This document shows positions 1 to 9,230 of a DNA stretch of 36,519 bases, in pieces (positions within the stretch are counted from its first letter, which is position 1; every line of letters begins with the position of its first letter). Source of the stretch: Candidatus Omnitrophota bacterium (GTDB taxonomy: Bacteria; Omnitrophota; Gorgyraeia; Zapsychrales; Zapsychraceae); contig JADFXQ010000016.1 in assembly GCA_015233495.1 (NCBI GenBank), positions 1 to 36,519 on the forward strand, in the 5' to 3' direction. Under the pieces are notes generated by a model. It saw only the letters and a list, made by a program, of their open reading frames with translations, had not been told where the DNA came from and did not search any database. Position numbers and translations under genes: made by a program.

Positions 1-290
1 CTACGGGCCGGCGATTGGCTGTAAAATTCACCCGGCAATCCCCGGCATTCCGAACGTTCATCGCCGGCCATTTTCACATACCCGCCCAGCGGAATCAAAC
101 AAAGCATAAATTCCGTTTCGGCGCGTTTCCAAGAAAATAATTTGGGCCCAAATCCTAAGGCAAAACGTTCAACTTTCACGCCCAACCGCCGCGCGGTGAT
201 AAAATGTCCCCATTCATGTACTAAAATCAACACGCTCAACACTCCGGCAAAAACCCCGGACACTTTAAGATTGGCTAATAAATGTTCCAT
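1..290 (-). CDS. rseP: RIP metalloprotease RseP, 5' part (runs off the left edge)
   Basis: Hand translation from ATG at 290: [49 protein letters not shown]...[11 protein letters not shown]. Has the HExxH zinc motif and the GFGP and PLGGYV motifs; follows uppS-cdsA-dxr as usual. Confidence 0.95.
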   Translation of the reverse strand, partial: MEHLLANLKVSGVFAGVLSVLILVHEWGHFITARRLGVKVERFALGFGPKLFSWKRAETEFMLCLIPLGGYVKMAGDERSECRGLPGEFYSQSPAR

Positions 291-307
291 AAAATTCCTA
301 AAATTAT

Positions 308-1486
308 TTACAACTGCTGTTTACAAATCCATTCTTCGGCTTTAATTCTGGCCCAAACTTCCGCGGCTAGCACCTCCTCCAAGCTGGGATTGTTGCGCTT
401 GCGGTGGCGGGAAACAACCGCTTCTCCTACAGAATAAATATCAACAAAACGCATCCGCCGCTCCAAAAAAGCCTTTACCGCGGCTTCATTCGCCGCGTTC
501 AACACCGCCGGGAGCGTTCCGCCCTGTTCACCAGCGGACAGCGCCAACCCCAGGCAAGGAAATTTCTTATAATCGGGGGGGGAAAAATCCAACTTCCCAA
601 TTGTCCCAAAACGCAAAGGTTGAAGTCCTGTCGACCAGCGTTGCGGATACGATAAAGCGTATTGAATCGGCAGACGCATATCAGTGATCCCCAACTGAGC
701 TAAAACCGCGCCATCCACAAACTCAACCATCGAATGGATGATCGCTTGCGGATGAATAACGACCTCAATATCCGGTATAGGAACGTCAAAGAGCCAGCGG
801 GCTTCGATAACTTCAAACCCTTTATTCATGAGCGTAGCTGAATCCACCGTGATTTTCGCGCCCATTTTCCAACGCGGATGCGCCAAAATCTGTTCAACCT
901 GCACTTGCTTTAATTGCCGGGTCGGCCAATGCAACAAAGGTCCGCCCGAAGCAGTTAAATGCACCCGCTGGACCCGACGATCAGCCGCCCCGTCCAGACA
1001 TTGAAAAATCGCGCTTTGCTCACTGTCAACCGGAATAACGGTTGCGCCATATTTTTTCACTACGGCCATGATCAAATGGCCTGCCGCCACCAAAGCTTCT
1101 TTATTCGCCGGGGCAATAATTTTTCCTGCCCGGGCAGCAGCTAAAAACGGCCGCAAAGCCGCGCTGGAACTCATGCCAATCACCACGGTTGTCACATCGG
1201 TCCGGCTCACCAGCTCTTCGAGATCGTTTTCCACATCGAACACGCGAGCGCGGCCGCCGGAAATCGCCTGAGTCAACTGTTCCCGTTTATCCCGGCGCAC
1301 TGCGACAAAACGCGGACGAAACCGTTTAACTTGCCGGGCTAAAATCTCGACATTATTCCAGGCGGTTAAGCCAACAACTTCAAACCGGTCGGGAAACCGC
1401 TCAATGACTTTGAGCGTGTTCATTCCAATCGAACCGGTTGAACCGAGAATAACCACTTTCTTCCGAGCGCCAAAAGCCTTGCCCAT
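308..1486 (-). CDS. dxr: 1-deoxy-D-xylulose-5-phosphate reductoisomerase
   Basis: [56 protein letters not shown] motifs. Confidence 0.97.
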   Translation of the reverse strand: MGKAFGARKKVVILGSTGSIGMNTLKVIERFPDRFEVVGLTAWNNVEILARQVKRFRPRFVAVRRDKREQLTQAISGGRARVFDVENDLEELVSRTDVTTVVIGMSSSAALRPFLAAARAGKIIAPANKEALVAAGHLIMAVVKKYGATVIPVDSEQSAIFQCLDGAADRRVQRVHLTASGGPLLHWPTRQLKQVQVEQILAHPRWKMGAKITVDSATLMNKGFEVIEARWLFDVPIPDIEVVIHPQAIIHSMVEFVDGAVLAQLGITDMRLPIQYALSYPQRWSTGLQPLRFGTIGKLDFSPPDYKKFPCLGLALSAGEQGGTLPAVLNAANEAAVKAFLERRMRFVDIYSVGEAVVSRHRKRNNPSLEEVLAAEVWARIKAEEWICKQQL

Positions 1487-1507
1487 AAAATCCGCACCGA
1501 AAATAAT

Positions 1508-2332
1508 TTAACGCAATTTATCCATCAAGGCCGCGATATAAAAATAAAATGTCGGCGCGGTAAATAATAAACTGTCAATCGTGTCTAAAATACCGCCCAA
1601 ACCGCGGAACATTTTTCCGGAATCTTTGACATTGCAATCCCGTTTGATTAAAGATTCGGACATATCTCCAATTTGTCCAATGCCGCCGATGCATAACCCG
1701 GCTAAACCCACTTGCCATAAAGGAATATGTAAAACTGCCGGCAGCCAATTCCGACAAACAAAAGCCGCGGTCATGCTGAATAAAAAGCTCCCAATACTCC
1801 CTTCAATGGTTTTATGCGGACTAACCCGCGGCAAAAGCGGATGCCTTCCCCACATACTCCCGACCATCAAAGCCCCGATATCACCGCATTTCGTCACCAC
1901 CAAAATAAACGCCACCAACCCAACCCCTTCCATCCCATCCGCGAGGTAACGGATTTTAATCAAAAAACTAAACAACCAAGAAACATACAAAACCCCAAAG
2001 AGCGTGGTAGATATGCCAATGATCGCGTTGGTATTCTCGCGCCGCAAAAACTGCATAAAAAAAATCGCCAACAGCACTAAAACAATGAACAACAATTCCC
2101 AACCCTTTGTCGGCTGAAAGCGCATAAACGTCGTCAAAGGGATCATGACGCCGATCGCAATCCCGGTATAGCTGTAAATCGGGATCCCTTTCTTGTGAAT
2201 CAAATAAAAAAACTCGTACAATCCGCCAATGGTCAAAATCAACAACAACGCTAAAAACGAATAGGCGTGTAAGAGCGCCAACGAAACTAAGCCAATCATG
2301 AGGGAAGAACTAATCAATCTCTCGCGATTCAT
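1508..2332 (-). CDS. cdsA: Phosphatidate cytidylyltransferase
   Basis: Polytopic membrane protein with SPHKTIEG and GDMSESLIKR...KDSG...GGILDTIDS motifs; lies between uppS and dxr. Confidence 0.95.
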   Translation of the reverse strand: MNRERLISSSLMIGLVSLALLHAYSFLALLLILTIGGLYEFFYLIHKKGIPIYSYTGIAIGVMIPLTTFMRFQPTKGWELLFIVLVLLAIFFMQFLRRENTNAIIGISTTLFGVLYVSWLFSFLIKIRYLADGMEGVGLVAFILVVTKCGDIGALMVGSMWGRHPLLPRVSPHKTIEGSIGSFLFSMTAAFVCRNWLPAVLHIPLWQVGLAGLCIGGIGQIGDMSESLIKRDCNVKDSGKMFRGLGGILDTIDSLLFTAPTFYFYIAALMDKLR

Positions 2333-2344
2333 GAATTGTTTCCT

Positions 2345-3070
2345 CTAACCAGCGACACTTCCATATCTCCGTTCCCGCGTTTGAAAATCTTGGATCGCGC
2401 AATCAAAGTCTGCCGGAGAAAAATCCGGCCAAAATTTATCCGAAAAATAAAATTCCGCGTATGCCAATTGCCACAATAAAAAATTACTGATCCTTTTTTC
2501 CCCGGAGGTCCGGATAAGCAAATCCGGGTCCGGCAAACCCTCGGTATACAAAGCGCGGCTGATCAAGGCTTCATCAATCTGTTCAGCCGTAATTTTTCCG
2601 GATTGCGCTTGGGTTGCGATTTTTTTTACCGCATCCAGGATTTCTAACCGGCCGCCGTAATTGAAGGCTAAGTTTAAAATCAACCCGGTGCAAGACGCCG
2701 TCTCTTGTTTCGTTGTTTCGATCGCTTTTAAAATCGGCTCCGGGATCCGATCCGTTCGGCCGATCGTTTGAAAACGGATATTCCCCTTCTTAAATTTTTG
2801 GCCTTTTTGCGACAAAACCCCAGCTAAAAGATTCATCAAAACGGAAATCTCTTCCCGGGGCCGTGACCAGTTCTCGGTTGAAAAAGTAAACAGGGTTAAA
2901 ACCTCAACGCCGATCTCGCCGGCATACTGGGCAATTTCTTCGGCCCGTTTCAACCCTTCCATATGCCCTTGGGTTCGAGGCAACCCGCGTTGCTTTGCCC
3001 ACCGACCGTTGCCATCCATGATTACCGCGACATGCCGGGGAATGCTCCCTAACGACGCATCATTACGCAT
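2345..3070 (-). CDS. uppS: Undecaprenyl diphosphate synthase
   Basis: PRHVAVIMDGNGRWA, FSTENWSRP, DLLIRTSGEKRISNFLLWQ. Start moved to ATG at 3070 because the longer ORF runs through a terminator. Confidence 0.95.
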   Translation of the reverse strand: MRNDASLGSIPRHVAVIMDGNGRWAKQRGLPRTQGHMEGLKRAEEIAQYAGEIGVEVLTLFTFSTENWSRPREEISVLMNLLAGVLSQKGQKFKKGNIRFQTIGRTDRIPEPILKAIETTKQETASCTGLILNLAFNYGGRLEILDAVKKIATQAQSGKITAEQIDEALISRALYTEGLPDPDLLIRTSGEKRISNFLLWQLAYAEFYFSDKFWPDFSPADFDCAIQDFQTRERRYGSVAG

Positions 3071-3114
3071 AAAATTTGAATTTCCTTCCCACCTGTCCGG
3101 AAAAATGACCCGAT

Positions 3115-3139
3115 AAAAAAAATGGGGGTATCCACCCCC
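3115..3139 (-). terminator. Probable intrinsic terminator after the OmpA/MotB-like and coiled-coil gene pair
   Basis: Minus strand GGGGGT-GGAT-ACCCCC stem-loop followed by ATTTTTTTT. Confidence 0.7.
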
Positions 3140-3175
3140 TTCACGATACAACCCAACACAACGCGGCAAAAAAAA

Positions 3176-3556
3176 TTATCTCATAGGTTCCGAACCTTGT
3201 GAAGCTGCGGCTACCGGCGCGGCAACGGTTTGCATCAATTCATTGATCTTTTTTTCCATATTATCTTTGGTCTGAACCGCCCGATCCAAACGTGATTTAT
3301 ACTCCCCATTCACCGTCTTGGCCTGATCCAGAGCGCGTTCCGTCACCGTGAGTTTCTGCCGCAGCCGTTCCATCTCCGATTCCAAGGCATCCATTTTACG
3401 CCGGGTTTTTTCTAAACTTTCCTCCGCGACCATCCGGTTATAACGTTCCTCATTCAAGGAATACCGAGACTCGGCCGACACGTTATAAAAATAATACGCG
3501 GCCCAGGCCCCGCAAACAATCATCACAATGATTCCCGCGACCCCTAAAATGCGCAT
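3176..3556 (-). CDS. Hypothetical protein with N-terminal membrane anchor and long coiled coil
   Basis: 126 aa; hydrophobic N-terminus then heptad-rich charged helix; GAGG upstream of ATG; co-oriented with neighbours. Confidence 0.8.
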   Translation of the reverse strand: MRILGVAGIIVMIVCGAWAAYYFYNVSAESRYSLNEERYNRMVAEESLEKTRRKMDALESEMERLRQKLTVTERALDQAKTVNGEYKSRLDRAVQTKDNMEKKINELMQTVAAPVAAASQGSEPMR

Positions 3557-3582
3557 GAATAAACCTCAAGCGGGCCTGTGGA

Positions 3583-4194
3583 CTATCGGCCTTCTTTTTT
3601 TGCTTCCGGGATGATCACGATTTCCACCCGACGATTCTTTTGCCGGCCATCCTTGGTGTCATTTGACGCAACCGGGTGATATTCCCCATAGCCAATAGCC
3701 GCCAACCGTTTCGGGTCAACCTGATAACTATCTTCCAAATAATGCAGCACACTTAAAGCGCGGGCCGTGGAAAGTTCCCAATTTGATTTCCATCCGGAAT
3801 ATTTGATCGGCACATTGTCCGTGTGGCCTTCAATTCCGATATTCAAATTTTTCACCGTTGTCTGCACCACTGTCGCAACCTTGCCCAATTTTTCCAAAGA
3901 ATCCGGCAAAAGCTCGGCTTTCCCAGAATTAAAGAGCACTTCCGCGACAAACGTGATCACTAAGCCTTTGTCTTCCATTCCGACTTTGACTTGTTTATCA
4001 GCGATTTCTTTTTTTAATTTGTCTTCCAGTTCGGCCTTAGCGCGTTCCAAATCGGTTAATTCATTTTTTAATTTCGAAATCCTCTCGACGTCAACCCGGC
4101 GGCCTTTTTGAAATATGACGGTGCATCCGCTTAATGTCATCCCCAGAGCGCTTAAAAACAAAATTGACGAAACCATGATAAATTTCGACCGCAT
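3583..4194 (-). CDS. OmpA/MotB-family peptidoglycan-binding protein, probable lipoprotein with a coiled-coil spacer
   Basis: Signal peptide ending in lipobox-like LSGC; coiled coil; LFNSGKAEL, IEGHTDNVPI, SNWELSTARA, GYGEYHPVASN, NRRVEIVI (MotB-type OmpA_C). Perfect Shine-Dalgarno TAAGGAGGTGAT. Confidence 0.9.
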   Translation of the reverse strand: MRSKFIMVSSILFLSALGMTLSGCTVIFQKGRRVDVERISKLKNELTDLERAKAELEDKLKKEIADKQVKVGMEDKGLVITFVAEVLFNSGKAELLPDSLEKLGKVATVVQTTVKNLNIGIEGHTDNVPIKYSGWKSNWELSTARALSVLHYLEDSYQVDPKRLAAIGYGEYHPVASNDTKDGRQKNRRVEIVIIPEAKKEGR

Positions 4195-4248
4195 ATCACC
4201 CTCCTTAAGACGGATATAAAAATTACGTATATAATAAAACTTTTATGA

Positions 4249-4277
4249 ATGTTAACTCACCTGTTTTTTAAAGTCAA
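4249..4277 (-). promoter_or_regulatory. Sigma70-type promoter for the OmpA/MotB-like gene pair
   Basis: TTGACT (4277-4272), 17 bp spacer, TAACAT (4254-4249) in an AT-rich intergenic region. Confidence 0.6.
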
Positions 4278-4306
4278 GTCTTTTTTCCCCAAGAACTTAC
4301 GTAAAA

Positions 4307-5578
4307 TCACCGCACAATAATTTCGTCGCGCTGAGCGCCAACGGAAATATATTTCACGCCTACCTTGAGCAATTTTTCCAAGCGCAAAATATAACGGCGG
4401 GCGTTTAACGGCAGGTCTGTAAATGTCCGGGCGTTTTTCGTGGAAGTCTGCCAGCCATCCCATTCCTCATAGACCGGTTCCGCGTCGCAAACCACTTCGG
4501 AATCCATAGGAAATTCCCGATAAATTTTCCCCCGGTATCGATATCCCACCGCGATTTTAATTTTGGGCAGTTCGTCTAAAATATCCAACTTCATGATGGC
4601 CAATTCGGAAATGCCGTTGACGATCACCGCATATCGAACCAAGAGACTATCAAACCACCCGCAACGGCGCGGCCGGCCCGTAGTCGCGCCGAATTCATTG
4701 CCTTTGGTGCGGATCCGCTCCATCAAATCATCCGAAAATTCCGTCGGGAAAGGACCTTCGCCGACCCGCGTGGTATAGGCCTTGACACAGGCAATGGCTT
4801 TAGCAATCGCCATGGGAGGAACTCCGGCTCCGGCGCAGGCTCCGCCGACAATAGAATTAGACGATGTTACAAAAGGATACGTTCCAAAATCAATATCCAA
4901 AAACGTCCCTTGCGCGCCTTCAAACAAGATAGTTTTTTTGCGCTGCATCGCCTCGTACAAAAATATAGCCGTGTCGGTGATGTAGGGTTTTAATTTTTTT
5001 CCGTAAGCCAAATATTCTTGATAAATCGCGCTAAAACCAAATCCCTTTTGCCCGTAAACCTTATGAAAGGTGTCGTTTTTTTCCGATAAATTGTCTTCTA
5101 ATTTGGCCTTGAGCACCCGCGGATTAAGTAAATCAACCATACGGATCCCGCAACGGGTCACCTTGTCCGCGTAACACGGCCCGATCCCGCGTCCGGTAGT
5201 TCCGATTTTATTTTTCCGTTTGGATTCCCGCAACCCGTCCAGAATGCGGTGGTAGGGCATAACCACGTGCGCCCGCCCGGAAATTTTCAGCCGGTTGGCC
5301 GTGACTTGCAATCCCTTAGCCGAAAGCTCTTTAATCTCGGCTAACATGGCCTGAGGATCAATTACCACGCCGTTGCCGATCACGCACACTTTCCCCGGAT
5401 GCAGAATCGCTGAAGGCAGCAGATGAAACACGTACACTTTATGATTGACCACCACCGTGTGTCCCGCGTTGTTTCCGCCTTGATAACGGACGGTGATATC
5501 CGCGTCTGCGGAAAGTATATCGATTAGCTTGCCTTTCCCCTCATCCCCCCATTGCGCGCCAATAACAGCGATGTTCAT
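4307..5578 (-). CDS. purA: Adenylosuccinate synthetase
   Basis: GAQWGDEGKGK, GGNNAGHT, GTTGRGIGP, EFGATTGRPRRCGWFD. Confidence 0.98.
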   Translation of the reverse strand: MNIAVIGAQWGDEGKGKLIDILSADADITVRYQGGNNAGHTVVVNHKVYVFHLLPSAILHPGKVCVIGNGVVIDPQAMLAEIKELSAKGLQVTANRLKISGRAHVVMPYHRILDGLRESKRKNKIGTTGRGIGPCYADKVTRCGIRMVDLLNPRVLKAKLEDNLSEKNDTFHKVYGQKGFGFSAIYQEYLAYGKKLKPYITDTAIFLYEAMQRKKTILFEGAQGTFLDIDFGTYPFVTSSNSIVGGACAGAGVPPMAIAKAIACVKAYTTRVGEGPFPTEFSDDLMERIRTKGNEFGATTGRPRRCGWFDSLLVRYAVIVNGISELAIMKLDILDELPKIKIAVGYRYRGKIYREFPMDSEVVCDAEPVYEEWDGWQTSTKNARTFTDLPLNARRYILRLEKLLKVGVKYISVGAQRDEIIVR

Positions 5579-5593
5579 AATTCATCCTTTTGA

Positions 5594-5757
5594 GCGGTAC
5601 GCGGTACGCGGTATACGGCATACAGTAAAACTGTTTGTGTCTGACAAAATGAATATCCTGTCTATCAAAATTTCTGCGTTACACGGAGGACAAAATCAGA
5701 CTCACAAAACATCCTATTTGTCCGGCATAAAAAGAATTACCGTATGCCGTATACCGT
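5594..5757. repeat. Intergenic element with inverted arms built from 7-bp tandem repeats
   Basis: Left arm gcggtac-gcggtac-gcggtat-acggcat-acagtaa (5594-5628); right arm ttaccgt-atgccgt-ataccgt (5737-5757); 5609-5628 and 5737-5756 are a 19/20 inverted repeat. Confidence 0.85.
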
Positions 5758-7341
5758 TTAGACATTAAGAAATTTCACAAACAAAACATCTTTAGTTTTG
5801 CGGATTTTTTCCAGGGCCTTTTCCGACACATCGCCGTCGACATTGACGACGCTGATGGCCATGCCGCCTTTATTCTCCCGGCCGAAGGTGATCGCCGCGA
5901 TATTGATCCCTTCTTCCGCTAAGGTCGTGCCAACCGCGCCGACGACACCCGGACGGTCATTGTTATTGATAAATAACATCCCGCCTTCCGGCAAAGCCTC
6001 GACATAAACATTATTGATCCGCACGATACGCGGCTGTTTATTCGCCGATAAAGTCCCCCAAACGCGCCAGGAATCTTTATCCGTAATCACTTCCAAATGA
6101 ACGCAATGGGTGAATTCTTCCTCTTTTTCCGAATTGATGCTTTGCACTTCAATGCCGCGTTCTTTAGCCACGTCCAAGGCATTGACAAAATTGATTGTCG
6201 CCCCCAGAATCGGCTTGAGCAAACCATTGACCAACGACAAAGTTACCGGCGCTGTTTTATGTTTGGTTACTTCGCCGCTATAGATGATTTTTACCGCCTG
6301 AATGCGGCCATTGATGAGCTGACCGGTGAATTTTCCCATTTGAGTCGCTAAACGAATATAGGGCTGCAGCGCCCGGTGCGCTTCCGCATCCACGGTGGGA
6401 TAATTCGCCGCGTTGACAATCCCTTTTCCCAATAAAGCGTCGCGGATCGCATAAGCGATTTCAATGGCGACGTTGATTTGCGCCTCCGAAGTCGAAGCCC
6501 CGAGATGCGGCGTAGTCACGCAATTGTCCAAATGAAAAAGTTTGGAATTAAAGTCCGGCGGCTCCGGTTCATATACGTCGAAGGCCGCTCCGGCGATCAA
6601 TCTTTGTTCCAGCGCCCGGACCAGCGCCTCTTCATTCACGATCCCGCCGCGGGCGCAATTGATTACCCGGGCGGTTTTTTTCATTAACTTAAATTCTTTA
6701 TCCGACAACAAGTTTTCCGTTTCCCCGCTTTTGGGAATATGGATCGTGATATAGTCCGCTTCCTTGACCAAACGTTCCAGGTCAACCATTTCCGCGCCTT
6801 TTTGCTCCGCCACCTCTTTGACGAGATAGGGATCATAGGCGAGAATTTTCATCCCGAACGCCTTGGCATAATGCGCCACAGTCGATCCGATACGGCCGAA
6901 TCCGATAACCCCCAAAGTTTTGTTATACAGCTCCACTCCCTGAAATTTATTGCGTTCCCACGCGCCGGAACGCATCGAAGCCACGGCCTGGGGTATATTG
7001 CGCGACAAAGCTAAGATCATCGCCATGGTATGTTCAGCTGTGGACGTAGTGTTTCCGGCCGGGGTATTCATCGCGATGATTCCCTTGCGGGTCGCGGCTT
7101 CCAAATCCACATTATCCAAACCAACGCCGGCGCGGCCGATGAATTTCAAACTATCCGCGGCTTCAATGATATCCGCTTTGAATTTTGTCGCGCTGCGCAC
7201 AATTGCCGCGTCATAATCTTTAATCATTGCTTTCAGCTGCTCGGGGGTTTGATCCGTCTTAACATCAACCTGAAACTCCTTAACCGCTTTCAGGATGTCG
7301 ACTCCTTCGTTGGCCATTTTGTCACAGATGAGAATTTTCAT
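5758..7341 (-). CDS. serA: D-3-phosphoglycerate dehydrogenase, long form with C-terminal regulatory (ASB/ACT) domains
   Basis: GRAGVGLDNVD, GFGRIG, INCARGGIV, TPHLGAST, C-terminal ACT (NNDRPGVVGAVG); 527 aa. Confidence 0.96.
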   Translation of the reverse strand: MKILICDKMANEGVDILKAVKEFQVDVKTDQTPEQLKAMIKDYDAAIVRSATKFKADIIEAADSLKFIGRAGVGLDNVDLEAATRKGIIAMNTPAGNTTSTAEHTMAMILALSRNIPQAVASMRSGAWERNKFQGVELYNKTLGVIGFGRIGSTVAHYAKAFGMKILAYDPYLVKEVAEQKGAEMVDLERLVKEADYITIHIPKSGETENLLSDKEFKLMKKTARVINCARGGIVNEEALVRALEQRLIAGAAFDVYEPEPPDFNSKLFHLDNCVTTPHLGASTSEAQINVAIEIAYAIRDALLGKGIVNAANYPTVDAEAHRALQPYIRLATQMGKFTGQLINGRIQAVKIIYSGEVTKHKTAPVTLSLVNGLLKPILGATINFVNALDVAKERGIEVQSINSEKEEEFTHCVHLEVITDKDSWRVWGTLSANKQPRIVRINNVYVEALPEGGMLFINNNDRPGVVGAVGTTLAEEGINIAAITFGRENKGGMAISVVNVDGDVSEKALEKIRKTKDVLFVKFLNV

Positions 7342-7357
7342 GCTCCTGCTCCTTGTG

Positions 7358-7413
7358 TGACCCGATCCCTGAGAGGATCAGTGTCATGTTGATTAACCCG
7401 TTCTCAGCGGATT
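7358..7413 (-). promoter_or_regulatory. Candidate structured cis-regulatory RNA (two hairpins with complementary loops) just upstream of the serA ribosome-binding site
   Basis: Minus strand AAUCCG-CUGAGAA-CGGGUU and UGAC(A)CUGAUCC-UCUCAG-GGAUCGGGUCA; loops CUGAGA and UCUCAG are complementary. Confidence 0.4.
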
Positions 7414-7416
7414 TGC

Positions 7417-8556
7417 TTAAGCGTTCAAAACTTCCTGTGCCGCTTTGACTCCCGCGCCCATGGCAAATTTATGGCCCAATTGCTTGAGCACTTTTTCTAA
7501 ACAACCGATGCCCGCTAATAAATCGAATTCGTCAATCGCGCCCATATGGGCGATGCGCACCACTTTGCCTTTCAATTCGTCCTGGCCGCCCGCCATGGTT
7601 ACGCCATAAGTGTCGCGCATGATCTTAACTAGTTTCTCGCCGTCGACACCCGCGGGGACTCGCAAAGCGCTCAAAGCGCTGGAGCAGCATTCCGCGTCGG
7701 GAAAAGCCTCCATGCCCAAGGCCTGACCCGCGGCTCGTGTAGCTTGTGCCAAGCGGGCGTATTCCGCCAGCATTTTGTCCAAGCCGGCTTCGCGGAATTT
7801 TTTCAAGCTTTCCGCTAACGCGATAATGATCCCAATCGCCGGCGTAAACGGTGTGTCAGTTTGCGCCAAGGCTTTTTTTGATTTGCGAAAATCGAAATAA
7901 TACCGCGGACTCGCGCATCTTTCAACCAATTTAAAGGCTTTTTCATTCACCGCCACAAACCCCAAACCCGGCGGCAGCATAAACCCTTTGTGCGAGGCCG
8001 AAGCCACGACATCAGCGCCCCATTCATCCATTTTCAATTCCATCGCGCCCAAACCGCTGATCGCGTCAACCACCAAGACCGCGTCGGTCTTCCGGGTAAC
8101 CTCGGCAATGGCCTGTATATTCGTTGACACGGCCGTGGAGGTTTCATTCAAGGTCACGAACACCGCCTTGATATCTGGTTCCTTGTCGAGCAAATCTTTG
8201 ATCTGTTTGGCTTGGGCGGCCTTGCCCCAAGTGACTTTAACCACCCGGATATCCCCGCCATAGACCTGGCATAATTCCGTCCAGCGTTCGCCGAATTTTC
8301 CGCCCTCTACGGTAATCACTTTATCGCCGGGCGAAACTAAATTGCAGACCGCCGCCTCCATAGTGCCGGTTCCCGAACAGGCTAAAAGATAAACATCGCT
8401 CTGAGTTCCTAAAACATATTGCAAGCCTTGTTGCACTTCCTTCAGTACTTGCTGAAATTGCGGCGTGCGGTGATGAATAATCGGGCGTCCCAATGCCGCG
8501 CATAAATCCGCGGGTATTTGCGTGGGACCCGGGGTTAACAAAAGTGTCTTTTTCAT
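7417..8556 (-). CDS. Class V PLP-dependent aminotransferase (alanine-glyoxylate/serine-pyruvate family), probably acting as phosphoserine aminotransferase
   Basis: LLTPGPT, HHRTPQF, SGTGTMEAA, NETST, VDAISG, SASHKG (PLP lysine), RIAHMG; directly upstream of serA. Confidence 0.9.
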   Translation of the reverse strand: MKKTLLLTPGPTQIPADLCAALGRPIIHHRTPQFQQVLKEVQQGLQYVLGTQSDVYLLACSGTGTMEAAVCNLVSPGDKVITVEGGKFGERWTELCQVYGGDIRVVKVTWGKAAQAKQIKDLLDKEPDIKAVFVTLNETSTAVSTNIQAIAEVTRKTDAVLVVDAISGLGAMELKMDEWGADVVASASHKGFMLPPGLGFVAVNEKAFKLVERCASPRYYFDFRKSKKALAQTDTPFTPAIGIIIALAESLKKFREAGLDKMLAEYARLAQATRAAGQALGMEAFPDAECCSSALSALRVPAGVDGEKLVKIMRDTYGVTMAGGQDELKGKVVRIAHMGAIDEFDLLAGIGCLEKVLKQLGHKFAMGAGVKAAQEVLNA

Positions 8557-8585
8557 TACAGTTTCCCTCTTTTTTGTAAATTGAA

Positions 8586-8622
8586 TTTTGTCATTCCATC
8601 ATTTTGTCATTTGTCATTACTT
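8586..8622. repeat. AATGACA-type 7-bp tandem repeat at the clpP stop codon
   Basis: Minus strand AAGTAATGACAAATGACAAAATGATGGAATGACAAAA; 8603-8622 is identical to 32392-32411. Confidence 0.8.
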
Positions 8623-9216
8623 AGTGTGCACAATCACCTCATCCACCAGTCCATATTCCTTCGCTTCCTGGGCGGACATGAAAAAATCCCGGTCGCAATC
8701 TGCCGCGACTTTTTCATAGGTTTGACCGCTGTGTTTCGCCAGAATCTTGGTTAATTCTTCTTTCATGCGTAAAATTTCTTGCGCCTGAATCGAGATATCG
8801 CTAGCCGTGCCTTCCACGCCGCCCCAGGGCTGATGGATCATAATCCGCGAATAGGGCAAGGCAAACCTTTTGCCTTTTGACCCGGCCGCCACCAAAATTG
8901 ACCCCATGCTCGCTGCCTGGCCAATACAATAAGTGCAAACCGCGGGTTTAACAAAACGCATGGTATCATAAATTGCCAGCCCGGCCGTGACTGACCCGCC
9001 CGGAGAATTGATATACACATTGATATCCTTGGTAGCGTCCTCGCTCTGCAAAAACAACAACTGCGCGATGATCAGGTTCGCGACATTGTCGTCAATCGCG
9101 GTGCCGATAAAAATAATTCGTTCTTTTAACAACCGAGAATAAATATCATAAGACCGCTCGCCATGGCTCGATTTTTCAACCACAATCGGAACAAGAAGCT
9201 GATTATTTTCTATCAT
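8617..9216 (-). CDS. clpP: ATP-dependent Clp protease proteolytic subunit
   Basis: [50 protein letters not shown]. Start set at ATG 9216 (MIENNQ), downstream of AAAGGGA. Confidence 0.96.
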   Translation of the reverse strand: MIENNQLLVPIVVEKSSHGERSYDIYSRLLKERIIFIGTAIDDNVANLIIAQLLFLQSEDATKDINVYINSPGGSVTAGLAIYDTMRFVKPAVCTYCIGQAASMGSILVAAGSKGKRFALPYSRIMIHQPWGGVEGTASDISIQAQEILRMKEELTKILAKHSGQTYEKVAADCDRDFFMSAQEAKEYGLVDEVIVHTK

Positions 9217-9230
9217 AACTGTCCCTTTCT

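Noticed and set aside
5677..5696. gttacacggaggacaaaa resembles the 3' part of ykkC-type (guanidine-I, PRPP, ppGpp) riboswitches near purA
   Set aside because: It is antisense to purA and the conserved 5' CUAGGGUUCC part is missing. No purine or ZTP riboswitch consensus seen on the minus strand.
7345..7410. GCTGAGA and CTGATC (TPP-like) and CTCTCAGG / AAGGAGCA (glycine-like) words before serA
   Set aside because: The remaining TPP core is absent and the glycine motifs are in the wrong order; reported only as an unassigned structure.
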